This document shows, one piece after another, positions 46,951-56,266 of a stretch of 64,000 nt of DNA. The first letter of the stretch is position 1. The number at the start of each line of letters is the position of its first letter. This DNA is from Patescibacteria group bacterium (GTDB lineage Bacteria; Patescibacteriota; Minisyncoccia; Phycocordibacterales; UBA918): NCBI GenBank assembly GCA_040386275.1, contig JAZKFU010000003.1:46554-110553 (forward strand), in the 5' to 3' direction. The notes beneath the pieces are model-generated. The model was not told the DNA's origin. It saw nothing but the letters and a program-made list of their open reading frames with translations, and did not search any database. The position numbers and the translations under genes are program-made.

Positions 46951-47916
46951 TTATACGGGCAACTCTTCTTCAGCCGGACGTGGCGGGAGTGCTGGTGTAG
47001 CGGCGGGAACAATTTGTTTTTTGGTACTGTCTTCAGTTACTGGTTGTGTTGTCGTAGCAGTGGTAGTGCCGACTCCACCCACCTCTTCATTTACAAACAC
47101 TTTGTTACCAAAGCGCAAATCAATGTACTGAAAATTACCAGGTCTAATATCGCTAAACTCTTTTGATGCTAAAATGGTACGCAGGTTATCAAAAACTTTT
47201 TGCGCATCATCCTTTAAGGTGGCTTTAAATTCTCCTCCGCCACCCACGATATAAAATACATCCCCCGCTGTATCGGTTTCAATTTGTGTGATAGCAAAGG
47301 GCAGATTTGATTCTACCAAACTTACAAACGTCTCCATCGTGGTGAGTTCTGTTGGCTCGGCCATCGAAGCGCCCACTTTCATATCTCGGCCTAGGGTTCG
47401 GTATCGTAAAAATGCTCCCCCGGATAATTTTGGAGCAGCTCCAAACGCATAGCCCGTGATATCAACAAAGACACAGTCACTACTGGTTCTATCCGCACAC
47501 CACAGCGCGTACGGTTGGTACTCGTCAAAACTTATAGTGAGTAACCGACCACCGTCACGTTCAACAATGGGATTTTTCATCCGGGGAATTTCAGAAATTG
47601 CTTTTACAATCTCTGTTTGCGGGTACCACCAGGCAAATTTCCGCGGAATAATGCCGAGGTACGTCCCTTCTAACTTTTCGCGCGCCAATTTTTCTACCAC
47701 CGTATGAGGAATAGTTTCTCCCCCCGCTACCGCAACCTCAGTAATCGTTAAAAACGAAACCCGGGTGCCGTACCATACGACACTAACTAAAAACCCCAAT
47801 ATGATAAATAGCAATAGCCCAAACGCCAGCTGCTTGAGCAGCATAATTTTACTTGGATCAACTACTCTTCGTTTGACCTTACCTTTTTTGTGAACGGCAC
47901 TCGTCTTTTTGAACAT
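46951..47916 (-). CDS. ftsQ: Cell division protein FtsQ/DivIB-like (POTRA-containing, bitopic)
   Basis: Basic cytoplasmic N terminus, one TM, then LTITEVAVAG (POTRA start) and a beta-rich periplasmic domain. P-rich C terminus. Confidence 0.5.
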   Translation of the reverse strand: MFKKTSAVHKKGKVKRRVVDPSKIMLLKQLAFGLLLFIILGFLVSVVWYGTRVSFLTITEVAVAGGETIPHTVVEKLAREKLEGTYLGIIPRKFAWWYPQTEIVKAISEIPRMKNPIVERDGGRLLTISFDEYQPYALWCADRTSSDCVFVDITGYAFGAAPKLSGGAFLRYRTLGRDMKVGASMAEPTELTTMETFVSLVESNLPFAITQIETDTAGDVFYIVGGGGEFKATLKDDAQKVFDNLRTILASKEFSDIRPGNFQYIDLRFGNKVFVNEEVGGVGTTTATTTQPVTEDSTKKQIVPAATPALPPRPAEEELPV

Positions 47917-47974
47917 TGCCTCTATGCTATCACATCTCTCTGCGTGCGCAGTAACTTAAAGGTCTTACTTTCGA

Positions 47975-48232
47975 TTAAAATTGAGGTACGTAATCCGCGA
48001 TCGCAATCACAAAAAACAAGAAAGAGAGGACATACATGGATCCTTTGATAAACGTTGAGCGTCTGACCGTTGGTCTAAACGCTTCAATGGTAAAGAACAC
48101 TGACCCAGCCAATTGAATAAGTAAATTAAGGCCTGAGTCTTGCGCTATAACTGACCAGTTAACCAAGTTCCAACTAATTAAGAGAATCATCACCCCAATA
48201 ATCCCCCACCACTGGAATGCAAATAAAGACAT
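47975..48232 (-). CDS. Small membrane protein, hypothetical
   Basis: Start at MSLFAFQ gives an ATGA overlap with the serS stop. Two TM helices. Confidence 0.4.
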   Translation of the reverse strand: MSLFAFQWWGIIGVMILLISWNLVNWSVIAQDSGLNLLIQLAGSVFFTIEAFRPTVRRSTFIKGSMYVLSFLFFVIAIADYVPQF

Positions 48233-48233
48233 A

Positions 48234-49511
48234 CTAGCCAATTTTATTACTGCCAAAATATTTTTGTAAGACTTCAGGGATGGCAATAGAGCCGTCCGCT
48301 TGCTGGAAGTTTTCTACCAACGACACCAAAATCCGTGGCGTTGGGATAGCGGTACAGTTTAATGAGTGAGCGTAACGCATCACACCACCTTCATCTTTAT
48401 AGCGAATGTTAAAGCGACGGGTTTGGAAATCGTGGAAGTACGACGCCGAACTAATTTCGCGGTAGGTTTTTTCACCCGGCACCCAGAGTTCAATATCGTA
48501 TTTTTTCACCTGACCTTGCCCAATATCACCACCACAATTTAATACGGTGTGGTATGGAATGCCGAGAGATTCAATAAATTCTTCAGTATTGCGGTTTATC
48601 TCTTCGTGTAATCGGACACTCTCTTCGTGAGAGGCTTCACATAACACCACTTGTTCCACCTTAAAAAATTCATGCACCCGGATGAGGCCACGAGTATCTT
48701 TTCCATGACTACCGGCTTCACGTCGATAACACGGCGAAAACGCGAGGTGTTTAATCGGAAACATTGATTTATCCAGTACCTCATCAGCGTAAAAGCCCAT
48801 GGTTGAGACCTCACTGGTACCAATCAAGTAATCATCATCCTGAGTTTTGTATACGTCCTCTGCATCATTAGGGAGATGCCCCGTACCATAGAGGTTACTT
48901 TTACGTACTATAGTTGGCCCGAGCAATTGATCAAACCCTTTCGCACAGAAAAAATCATTTGCGTAGTTCCAAATTGCCCAGGACAACCGCGCGCCGGCAC
49001 CCGTCAGGAAATAGCCACGGAACCCATGCACTTTTACTCCCCGTTCAAAATCTACCATCTTTAAATTAGTCATCAATTCCACATGGTCTTTCATTGGAAA
49101 TGGCAAAGGGGCCGGAGTATCGGTTGAACCATTTGGGTTCCAAACTTTTACTTCCACGTTATCGGCGTCACTATCACCATCGGGTACCGACATATCCGGA
49201 ATGTTGGGTACTTGGAGCATGAGCGCTTTCCACTCATCCATAATTGGCTTGAGTTTTTCCTCATCAGCTTGAATCGACATCTTGAGGTTTTGCATCTCTT
49301 CGATTAATTGCGTGCGTACTTCAGGAGATGCTACTGCCACTTGACCAGACACCTGATTTTGAATGGCTTTTTTATTTTCAAGTTCAGTCATCACTGACTT
49401 ACGCGCTTCATCGAGGGACACCAACCGATCGAGATCAACTTTGATTTTCTTCTTGACCGCTGCCATCTTTACCAAGTCCACGTTCTCCCGAATAAATTTG
49501 ATGTCTAACAT
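48234..49511 (-). CDS. serS: Seryl-tRNA synthetase
   Basis: N-terminal coiled-coil arm (MLDIKFIRENVDLV), class II motifs 2 and 3 (FRGYFLTGAG, GSASYFHDFQTRR). 425 aa. Confidence 0.95.
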   Translation of the reverse strand: MLDIKFIRENVDLVKMAAVKKKIKVDLDRLVSLDEARKSVMTELENKKAIQNQVSGQVAVASPEVRTQLIEEMQNLKMSIQADEEKLKPIMDEWKALMLQVPNIPDMSVPDGDSDADNVEVKVWNPNGSTDTPAPLPFPMKDHVELMTNLKMVDFERGVKVHGFRGYFLTGAGARLSWAIWNYANDFFCAKGFDQLLGPTIVRKSNLYGTGHLPNDAEDVYKTQDDDYLIGTSEVSTMGFYADEVLDKSMFPIKHLAFSPCYRREAGSHGKDTRGLIRVHEFFKVEQVVLCEASHEESVRLHEEINRNTEEFIESLGIPYHTVLNCGGDIGQGQVKKYDIELWVPGEKTYREISSASYFHDFQTRRFNIRYKDEGGVMRYAHSLNCTAIPTPRILVSLVENFQQADGSIAIPEVLQKYFGSNKIG

Positions 49512-49562
49512 AATTCCCTTAGAATACTAGAAATTCACAGTAATTCAAATTTAAAGTGTTGC

Positions 49563-49592
49563 AAAAAAACAGCGTCTGCTAGACAGACGCTG
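49563..49592 (-). terminator. Rho-independent terminator (CAGCGTCTG-ctaga-CAGACGCTG + 7 U on minus strand)
   Basis: Perfect 9-bp stem preceded on the plus strand by aaaaaaa. Sits just upstream of the serS start. Confidence 0.6.
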
Positions 49593-49837
49593 AATGAGAA
49601 GCTGAGGGTGTATAGATGTGTTGTGTCGGCTGAGCCCCACATCACACCCCCAGCGCAGCTTTTAGACGGAAAAGCCGCAAACAAAACCCAACTTCGAGCC
49701 AAGGACACACTTGGCTTATATCTCCATATACATGAGTCACGGGAGGGAGAATGTCTATGCTCCCAGCGCTCACAAAGAGGTCAAGCAACCTCTTTGATTT
49801 AAAATATAATACTACCTTAATACAATTTTGTCAATTA

Positions 49838-49866
49838 TAAAAACGGCGGGCTGTTAAAGGCCCGCC
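49838..49866 (-). terminator. Rho-independent terminator for the beta-barrel gene (GGCGGGC...GCCCGCC + U-run)
   Basis: Hairpin 11 nt past the stop at 49877, followed on the minus strand by GTTTTTAT. Confidence 0.6.
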
Positions 49867-49876
49867 GCGATACATC

Positions 49877-50575
49877 TTAAAAATTGTAGCTCAGCGTCAA
49901 GCCGAACGTCGTCTGCTTAATTTTTGCCTCAAGCGTTTGGTTACCCATCTGCCCCAGACCAAACGGCTTGTTGGCATCAAACTGCATCTGAGTGGCCTTA
50001 AGTCCAATCGAGAAACGGTCTGAGACTGCGTACTGCACACCGATGGTGTACAAAGCACCCAATGCACCGCCTTCCTTGAAATCAGCCCACGAGCCAAAGG
50101 GTGTATCAAGCGAAAGCCCCATCGACAGATTGGTCGCCACCACTCCGGCGCCGACGTACAGATACACGCGCTCTTGTTTGCCCAGCACGAGTCCCAATTC
50201 ACCACCAGCCGATACCCGCAGGTCCGACGCAATGGTGAACGCCGCAGTCGATTTGTGGTCGTGCCAGTACTTGGCCCCACCGATGCTCCCATCATGAAGC
50301 GAAGCGTTCACTCCGAGACGAAGCTTGCTCTGCCCGAGCGGGAACCGATAGCCAAGCTCATAGGTAGTCACGTTTCCCGTCAGCGGAACATCGAGAATTT
50401 CCCCGAGGGAAATTATCGGTCCATAGTGCGAGAGCGTGAACTCACCATCGCTTTTGCTGGTACCCAGTGAAGCATAGACCCCCGTATAGGGACGCTTCGC
50501 TTCAGCGTTGGAATCGGTTGCGCCCGTCATCAGGGAAACAATCGCCACAGCCAGCATCATCACAACTTTTTTCAT
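49877..50575 (-). CDS. Outer-membrane beta-barrel protein (OmpA-like TM / OmpW / PF13505-like porin family)
   Basis: Signal peptide MKKVVMMLAVAIVSLMTGATDSNA. 8-10 amphipathic beta-strands (TTYELGYRF, LRLGVNASL, VYLYVGAGVVA, LYTIGVQYAVS, FSIGLKATQMQF). C-terminal LSYNF aromatic signature. GC ~56%. Confidence 0.7.
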   Translation of the reverse strand: MKKVVMMLAVAIVSLMTGATDSNAEAKRPYTGVYASLGTSKSDGEFTLSHYGPIISLGEILDVPLTGNVTTYELGYRFPLGQSKLRLGVNASLHDGSIGGAKYWHDHKSTAAFTIASDLRVSAGGELGLVLGKQERVYLYVGAGVVATNLSMGLSLDTPFGSWADFKEGGALGALYTIGVQYAVSDRFSIGLKATQMQFDANKPFGLGQMGNQTLEAKIKQTTFGLTLSYNF

Positions 50576-50691
50576 AGTCCTGCCCTCTTTTTATGCTCAT
50601 TGTGAGCGTTCTACCAACTTATATAATAGCATAAATAATCAAAAAGTCAATGTTTGCACCGTCTCCTACTCATGGTGTGGTAGAATTTTGT

Positions 50692-51558
50692 ATGAGTTCG
50701 TTTACTATACGAAAGCTACTCTCTGAAGAATTTCCGCCGTTATTGGCAGAAATTCCCCAGCCACCAAAGGACTTATGGCTCGCGGGGTCCCTCCCTCCCC
50801 CGACGATTACCTTATTGTGTGTCGTTGGTTCTCGTAAATACACTACCTATGGTAAACAAGTGATTGATCACCTTATTGGCGGGTTGGCGGATTATCCAAT
50901 TGGTATTGTGTCGGGTTTGGCGCTTGGGGTTGATGGCCTGGCTCACGAAGCGGCCTTACGACATGGACTGTACACTATGGCGGTACCTGGTAGCGGTTTG
51001 GATGAATCCGTACTCTACCCCGCCAGTCACCGAAATCTCGCGCGCACCATCGTTGATAGCGGTGGTGGCTTACTCTCGGAACTGGCGCCAGAAACTCGTT
51101 CGGCACTCTGGACGTTTCCGCAACGGAATCGCATTATGGCCGGAATGTGTCCGGCCACGTTATTAATTGAAGCGGGTGAAAAATCAGGTACCTTGATTAC
51201 CGCCCGAATGTGCGTGGACTATAATCGCGAACTCTTGGTGGTGCCCGGGAATATATTTTCTCCAACCGCGCGCGGTACCCATCAATTTTTAAAACTCGGC
51301 GCCACCCCCGTGACTGACGCGACCGATATTTTGCAAGCGCTTGGGATAGATATCGAAACTGCAGCGGCTCCCAAAACACTTCCGTTACTTTCTCCCCTTG
51401 AGGCCAAGGTGATTTCATTACTTCATGAACCAACAGACCGCGACACGTTAATTCGACAACTTAATCTCCCAATTAGTGAAGCCGGCGTCATACTGATGCA
51501 AATGGAAATGCTCGGCTTAATTACTCTTGAATCTAATATCTACACCACCTTAGTCTAA
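50692..51558 (+). CDS. dprA: DNA processing protein DprA (Smf)
   Basis: GSRKYTTYGKQV...GIVSGLALGVDGLAHEAAL Rossmann-like DprA core, plus a C-terminal winged-helix-like tail. Confidence 0.8.
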   Translation: MSSFTIRKLLSEEFPPLLAEIPQPPKDLWLAGSLPPPTITLLCVVGSRKYTTYGKQVIDHLIGGLADYPIGIVSGLALGVDGLAHEAALRHGLYTMAVPGSGLDESVLYPASHRNLARTIVDSGGGLLSELAPETRSALWTFPQRNRIMAGMCPATLLIEAGEKSGTLITARMCVDYNRELLVVPGNIFSPTARGTHQFLKLGATPVTDATDILQALGIDIETAAAPKTLPLLSPLEAKVISLLHEPTDRDTLIRQLNLPISEAGVILMQMEMLGLITLESNIYTTLV

Positions 51559-51615
51559 AGCTATTAATTGACAGAATGAAGGAAAGCTAGTATTTGTTAC
51601 AGAACTAACCTATAT

Positions 51616-53991
51616 ATGAGTATTACCACTAAAGCCAAAACCACCCTGGTGATTGTTGAGTCACCGGCCAAAGCCAAAACTATTGAAAAGTATCTGGGGA
51701 CTGGTTTTAAAGTGATGTCTTCAATTGGACACGTGCGGGATATCCCTAAAAGTAATAAAGACGCCGTTGATATTGAAGGCGGGTTTATTCCTCACTATAT
51801 TATTTCCCCTGGCAAAGAAAAAGTCATCGCCGGACTACGGGCAGCAGCTAAAAGTGCAGACACCGTATTACTGGCGTCCGACCCCGACCGTGAAGGTGAA
51901 GCGATTGCCTGGCACGTAGCTGAACTCATTAAAGACGTAAACAAAAAACTCAAACGAGTGGTTTTTAATGAAATTACTGAAGACGCCGTGAAAGCCGCTA
52001 TTTTGAAACCCCGCGATATTGATATTGATTTAAAAGAAGCTCAGGAGGCACGACGTATCCTCGATCGGTTGGTGGGCTACGATTTGTCGGGACTGATTTG
52101 GAAAAAAGTTCGGTACGGACTTTCTGCCGGACGGGTACAATCTCCAGCGTTGCGCATTGTGATGGAACGCGAGCGCGAAATCCGGGCCTTTATTCCGGAG
52201 GACTATTTTGTGCTCACGGCCCATACTACTGCCAAGAAATTAACCATTCCGTTTTTATGCACCGTTGAACCAAAGGAAGAGGTTGAAGCCAACCGCATCA
52301 AAAAAGTTGGTGAAAAAAGTGACTGGGCGGTGACCAATATTAAAGAAACTGATACCAAGCGCGTACCAAAGCCGCCATTTACCACCTCGACCTTGCAACA
52401 GGTAGCTTCGACGCGACTGGGGTTTTCGCCCTCACGCACCATGGGCGCAGCACAAAAATTATATGAAGCGGGACATATTACCTACATGCGTACCGACAGT
52501 ACGAATTTAAGTGAAGTAGCGTTGGCAAGCATGCACCAATTAATTGAAAAAGACTACGGTAAAAATTATCTCACGCCCCGCCGGTACAAAACCAATAGCA
52601 AGTCTGCTCAAGAGGCACACGAGGCAGTGAGACCGACTAATTTTAGAAAAATGAATGTTGGTGCTACGGCCGATCAAAAAGCGCTCTACGACTTGATATG
52701 GCGTCGTACCGTAGCTTCACAAATGGCAGACGCCGCCATGTTGCGCACAAAAGTCCTTGCCAATATAACCAACGCCAAAGAAACCATTCCTGATTTTGCC
52801 GTTAACGGTTCTCGCATTACGTTTGATGGCTGGCTTAAGGTAGACACCCGCGCGCGTGGTGAGGATACTGAAGTGCCAAAATTAATAGTTGGTGATGCCT
52901 TGGCGGTACAAGAAATTGCCATTGAAGCTAAACAGACCCAACCGCCAAGTCGTTACAGTGAAGCGGGTTTAATTAAAGAACTTGAAAAGCGCGGTATTGG
53001 TCGCCCATCAACCTACGCGAGCATCATGAAAACAATTACCGACCGCGGGTATGTATTAAAAGAAGGCCGAACTTTAATTCCGACCGACACCGGGGACGTT
53101 GTGTCGAGTTTCCTCGAGCAATATTTTGCTGACTATATTTCTGATACGTTCACCAGTGAAATGGAGGACCAGCTCGACGGCATCGCCGAAGGTACCCGCA
53201 CCTACAAAAAGACGCTAAAAGACTTTTATGGCCCGTTTCAAAAAGATGTGGCGAGTAAGGAAAACATTCCCAAGCTCACCAACCTTGGAGCCGGACCTGC
53301 GCAATTCCCCTGCCCTTTGTGTGGAAGCAAGATGGTTATCAAACTGGGTAAAGCCGGCACCTTCTTATCGTGTGATCGTTTCCCTGATTGTAACGGAGCT
53401 CGGATGATTGACGGCAGTGAATTAAAACCCGACGCACCAGTGGGAACTCATCCTGAAACTGGCGAAGATATATTTGTCATGAATGGTAAATTTGGACCGT
53501 ACGTACAGCTCGGCCCTAATCCCGAAAAAGTAAAAGGTAAAAAGATGCCGAGTCCCAAGCGCGCTAGCTTACCGGCGGGCATGAAGCCTGAAGACGTTAC
53601 ACTTGCTGATGCGGTGAAGTTCTTGCGTCTACCCCGCGAGTTAGGAGCCCACCCCAAAACAGGTGAACCGATTATTGCTAATACCGGGCAGTACGGCCCG
53701 TACCTGGCGCACGCCGGAGATTTTCGGTCACTCAAAGGTGCTGACGACCCATACGAAATTACCTACGAGCGAGCCTTAGAAATTTATGCTCAGGCCAAAA
53801 CCGCCCGCAAGGGAGAAAAGCTTCTCAAAGAACTCGGACTCAATCCCCTCACTAAAAAAATGGTTAACGTCTTTGAATCAAAATCAGGCAGATACCTCCG
53901 AAAAGGATTTAAACGCATTAGCATTCCTGAAGATATTAAAACTGAAGATTTGACGATTGAAGTTGCAATAGATTTACTAAAAGGCGGATAG
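51616..53991 (+). CDS. topA: DNA topoisomerase I with C-terminal zinc-ribbon domains
   Basis: Toprim (LVIVESPAKAKTIEKYLG), DPDREGE, active-site region with Tyr, Cys4 ribbon CPLCGSKMV...CDRFPDC. 791 aa. Confidence 0.95.
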   Translation: MSITTKAKTTLVIVESPAKAKTIEKYLGTGFKVMSSIGHVRDIPKSNKDAVDIEGGFIPHYIISPGKEKVIAGLRAAAKSADTVLLASDPDREGEAIAWHVAELIKDVNKKLKRVVFNEITEDAVKAAILKPRDIDIDLKEAQEARRILDRLVGYDLSGLIWKKVRYGLSAGRVQSPALRIVMEREREIRAFIPEDYFVLTAHTTAKKLTIPFLCTVEPKEEVEANRIKKVGEKSDWAVTNIKETDTKRVPKPPFTTSTLQQVASTRLGFSPSRTMGAAQKLYEAGHITYMRTDSTNLSEVALASMHQLIEKDYGKNYLTPRRYKTNSKSAQEAHEAVRPTNFRKMNVGATADQKALYDLIWRRTVASQMADAAMLRTKVLANITNAKETIPDFAVNGSRITFDGWLKVDTRARGEDTEVPKLIVGDALAVQEIAIEAKQTQPPSRYSEAGLIKELEKRGIGRPSTYASIMKTITDRGYVLKEGRTLIPTDTGDVVSSFLEQYFADYISDTFTSEMEDQLDGIAEGTRTYKKTLKDFYGPFQKDVASKENIPKLTNLGAGPAQFPCPLCGSKMVIKLGKAGTFLSCDRFPDCNGARMIDGSELKPDAPVGTHPETGEDIFVMNGKFGPYVQLGPNPEKVKGKKMPSPKRASLPAGMKPEDVTLADAVKFLRLPRELGAHPKTGEPIIANTGQYGPYLAHAGDFRSLKGADDPYEITYERALEIYAQAKTARKGEKLLKELGLNPLTKKMVNVFESKSGRYLRKGFKRISIPEDIKTEDLTIEVAIDLLKGG

Positions 53992-54186
53992 CTTGAACGC
54001 GCACAAACGGTACACTTCTTTGTTGTGCTACGGTAAGTAAACATTCACCGTACAGAAGTACGGCTCATGATTACTTCCTTGCACGCCGCGAATTGTACTC
54101 ATTTGAGCGTGTTCAAATACAGAAAATGAATTACCGTCAACGATTTTATTTTCCTTGCTAATCATCCTTAAACTCCATACAATGGA

Positions 54187-55731
54187 ATGATGAAAACAGC
54201 TGAAGATATCATTGGTCAAATCCATTCTAATCTCGTAAGCGACAAAGAGCTGATTGTAAAAGCGTATGATTTTGCTACCAGTGCTCATACTGGTCACAAG
54301 CGATATTCCGGAGAACCGTACATGGAGCATGTCTCTCATGTGGCGTTTAAACTGGCCCAAATGGGGATGGGACCGCGCACGGTAGCGGCCGGGTTACTGC
54401 ATGACACTATTGAAGACACCCCGGTAACCATTACTGATATTAAACGAGAGTTTGGGGATGAGATTTTGTTTTTGGTAGAAGGGGTGACTAAGTTGAGTTC
54501 TGTTCGCTACTACGGAACTGACCGCCACAATGAATCCCTCCGGAAACTATTCGTCGCCACGAGCCAAGACATTAGGGTACTCATCATTAAATTAAATGAC
54601 CGCCTGCACAATATGGAAACACTGAACCATGTTCCACCAGAAAAACAATTACGCATTGCCCGCGAGACCTTAGAAATTTATGTCCCGATTGCACACCGTT
54701 TAGGAATGGGTAAAATTCGTAAGGAACTGGAAGATTTGGCATTTCCCTATGTGTACCCTGAGGAGTTTAAAAAAGTTATCACTTTAATGGAAAAACGGAG
54801 TGGCAAATTTAACGAACTTCTGGAACGTGAACGAAAGGTCTTGCAGAAACGGTTAGCCGACGCAAAGCTTTTAGATTTTCATACTTCATACCGCGTTAAA
54901 GGTTTATTCAGTTTGTACCATAAACTAAAACGAAAAGATTGGGACGTGGCTTCAGTCTATGACTTGCTCGCGATGCGAGTGGTCGTCAGTAACATGGAAG
55001 ATTGTTACCGCACCCTGGGTATCATTCATGAACTCTGGCGCCCATTACCAGGTCGGGTAAAAGATTATATTGCCTTCCCAAAACCCAACGGCTACAAATC
55101 CATTCACACTACTGTGACCACCCAAAACGGGATTATTTTAGAGATTCAAATTCGCACCAAAGACATGCATCAAGAATCCGAATTTGGTGTTGCCTCCCAC
55201 TTGATGTATAAGCCCCCGGTAATATCGGAAGGTACCGCGAGTAAATTTTCAAATCTTATCCCGTCGCTTTTCCGACCTTTTTCTAAGCGCGTAGTGGTTG
55301 ATGAAAAAATTAAAGAAAATAGCGCTGTCGCCCATAAGGACAAAATTCCTAATTGGATTAGTCAAATTAGTTCCATGTACACCAAAGACCAAAGTTCAGG
55401 AACTGAATTTATGAATGATATGCGAGAAGACTTTTTCTCGAATCGAATCTTTGTGTTTACCCCCAATGGAGACGTGGTAGATTTGCCGGTTGGCGCTACT
55501 CCGGTTGATTTAGCATTTGCCATTCACTCGGAAATTGGCAATCACATGGCGGGAGCAAAAGTGAATAAAAAGTTAGTGCAGTTTGATACGGTACTTCGTA
55601 ACGGAGACATTGTAGAAATCGAAACCAAAAAATCAGCCAAACCGACCAAAAAATGGCTCGATTTTGCTAAAACCTCAGTAGCTAAACGACACATTAGAGC
55701 CACCCTTGAAGCAGAAAACCCTACTACCTAA
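54187..55731 (+). CDS. RelA/SpoT-family (p)ppGpp synthetase/hydrolase (HD + synthetase + TGS), short form
   Basis: HD hydrolase motifs (HD...LHD), synthetase motif (RVKDYIAFPKPNGYKSIHT), TGS (IFVFTPNGDVVDLPVGATPVDLAF). 514 aa with no ACT domain. Confidence 0.9.
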   Translation: MMKTAEDIIGQIHSNLVSDKELIVKAYDFATSAHTGHKRYSGEPYMEHVSHVAFKLAQMGMGPRTVAAGLLHDTIEDTPVTITDIKREFGDEILFLVEGVTKLSSVRYYGTDRHNESLRKLFVATSQDIRVLIIKLNDRLHNMETLNHVPPEKQLRIARETLEIYVPIAHRLGMGKIRKELEDLAFPYVYPEEFKKVITLMEKRSGKFNELLERERKVLQKRLADAKLLDFHTSYRVKGLFSLYHKLKRKDWDVASVYDLLAMRVVVSNMEDCYRTLGIIHELWRPLPGRVKDYIAFPKPNGYKSIHTTVTTQNGIILEIQIRTKDMHQESEFGVASHLMYKPPVISEGTASKFSNLIPSLFRPFSKRVVVDEKIKENSAVAHKDKIPNWISQISSMYTKDQSSGTEFMNDMREDFFSNRIFVFTPNGDVVDLPVGATPVDLAFAIHSEIGNHMAGAKVNKKLVQFDTVLRNGDIVEIETKKSAKPTKKWLDFAKTSVAKRHIRATLEAENPTT

Positions 55732-55770
55732 TATAAAAAAGGCCCGAGAAATCCCGGACCTTTGTTGAGC

Positions 55771-56133
55771 TTACCGCTCGGAATGAACTTTTACATCAGA
55801 GTGTACCACTCCGGTCGTAGCAGACTTGATAGCACGTGCTATCAACGAAGCCTGCATCGTCACGACCTTGGGCTCACTTGATTCAATCTCGGGAGGCGCT
55901 TGCACCTCATGTTTACGTTGATAAATCCACCGACTCGTCACACGGTCAATCAGGGCATTGCTGTTTGGGTCAGCAACATACTGATTGGTACATCCCCCTT
56001 TACACGGCATCATAATCGCGAGCAATTCTTCTCGCGAATATTTCGTACTGTCCCCTGGCAACATGTAGAAGACTGGGTCTTCCTCTTCTTGGTTGTCGGT
56101 GGTTACGGCTTGTTTTTTTGCTTCGTAAGCCAT
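55771..56133 (-). CDS. Hypothetical protein
   Basis: 120 aa. No domain recognised. Confidence 0.4.
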   Translation of the reverse strand: MAYEAKKQAVTTDNQEEEDPVFYMLPGDSTKYSREELLAIMMPCKGGCTNQYVADPNSNALIDRVTSRWIYQRKHEVQAPPEIESSEPKVVTMQASLIARAIKSATTGVVHSDVKVHSER

Positions 56134-56266
56134 TATTTCCTCGTTCTTCTTTGGTTAAAGTTTCTGTTTTTCCGATAGTCTAATACACACCGGAAAGGTT
56201 TTTATATCAAACATACGCCCACCTGGCAAGGTTGGCGTATGTCATCGACTCGTTAGAAATCTCACC

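Noticed and set aside
49596-49800. tmRNA, RNase P RNA, SRP RNA or 6S RNA in the hairpin-rich GC segment
   Set aside because: Checked by eye for the conserved motifs (SRP GGAA/AGCAGCC domain IV, RNase P GGAAAGUCCGG, tmRNA tag ORF plus T-arm). None present. Left as an unassigned possible small RNA/small ORF.
49897-50470. ORFs 49897..50295(-), 49992..50297(+) and 50174..50470(+) inside the beta-barrel gene
   Set aside because: Long alternative-frame ORFs are expected in ~56% GC DNA. The in-frame product 49877..50575 has a signal peptide, a beta-strand periodicity and a C-terminal Phe, and the others do not.
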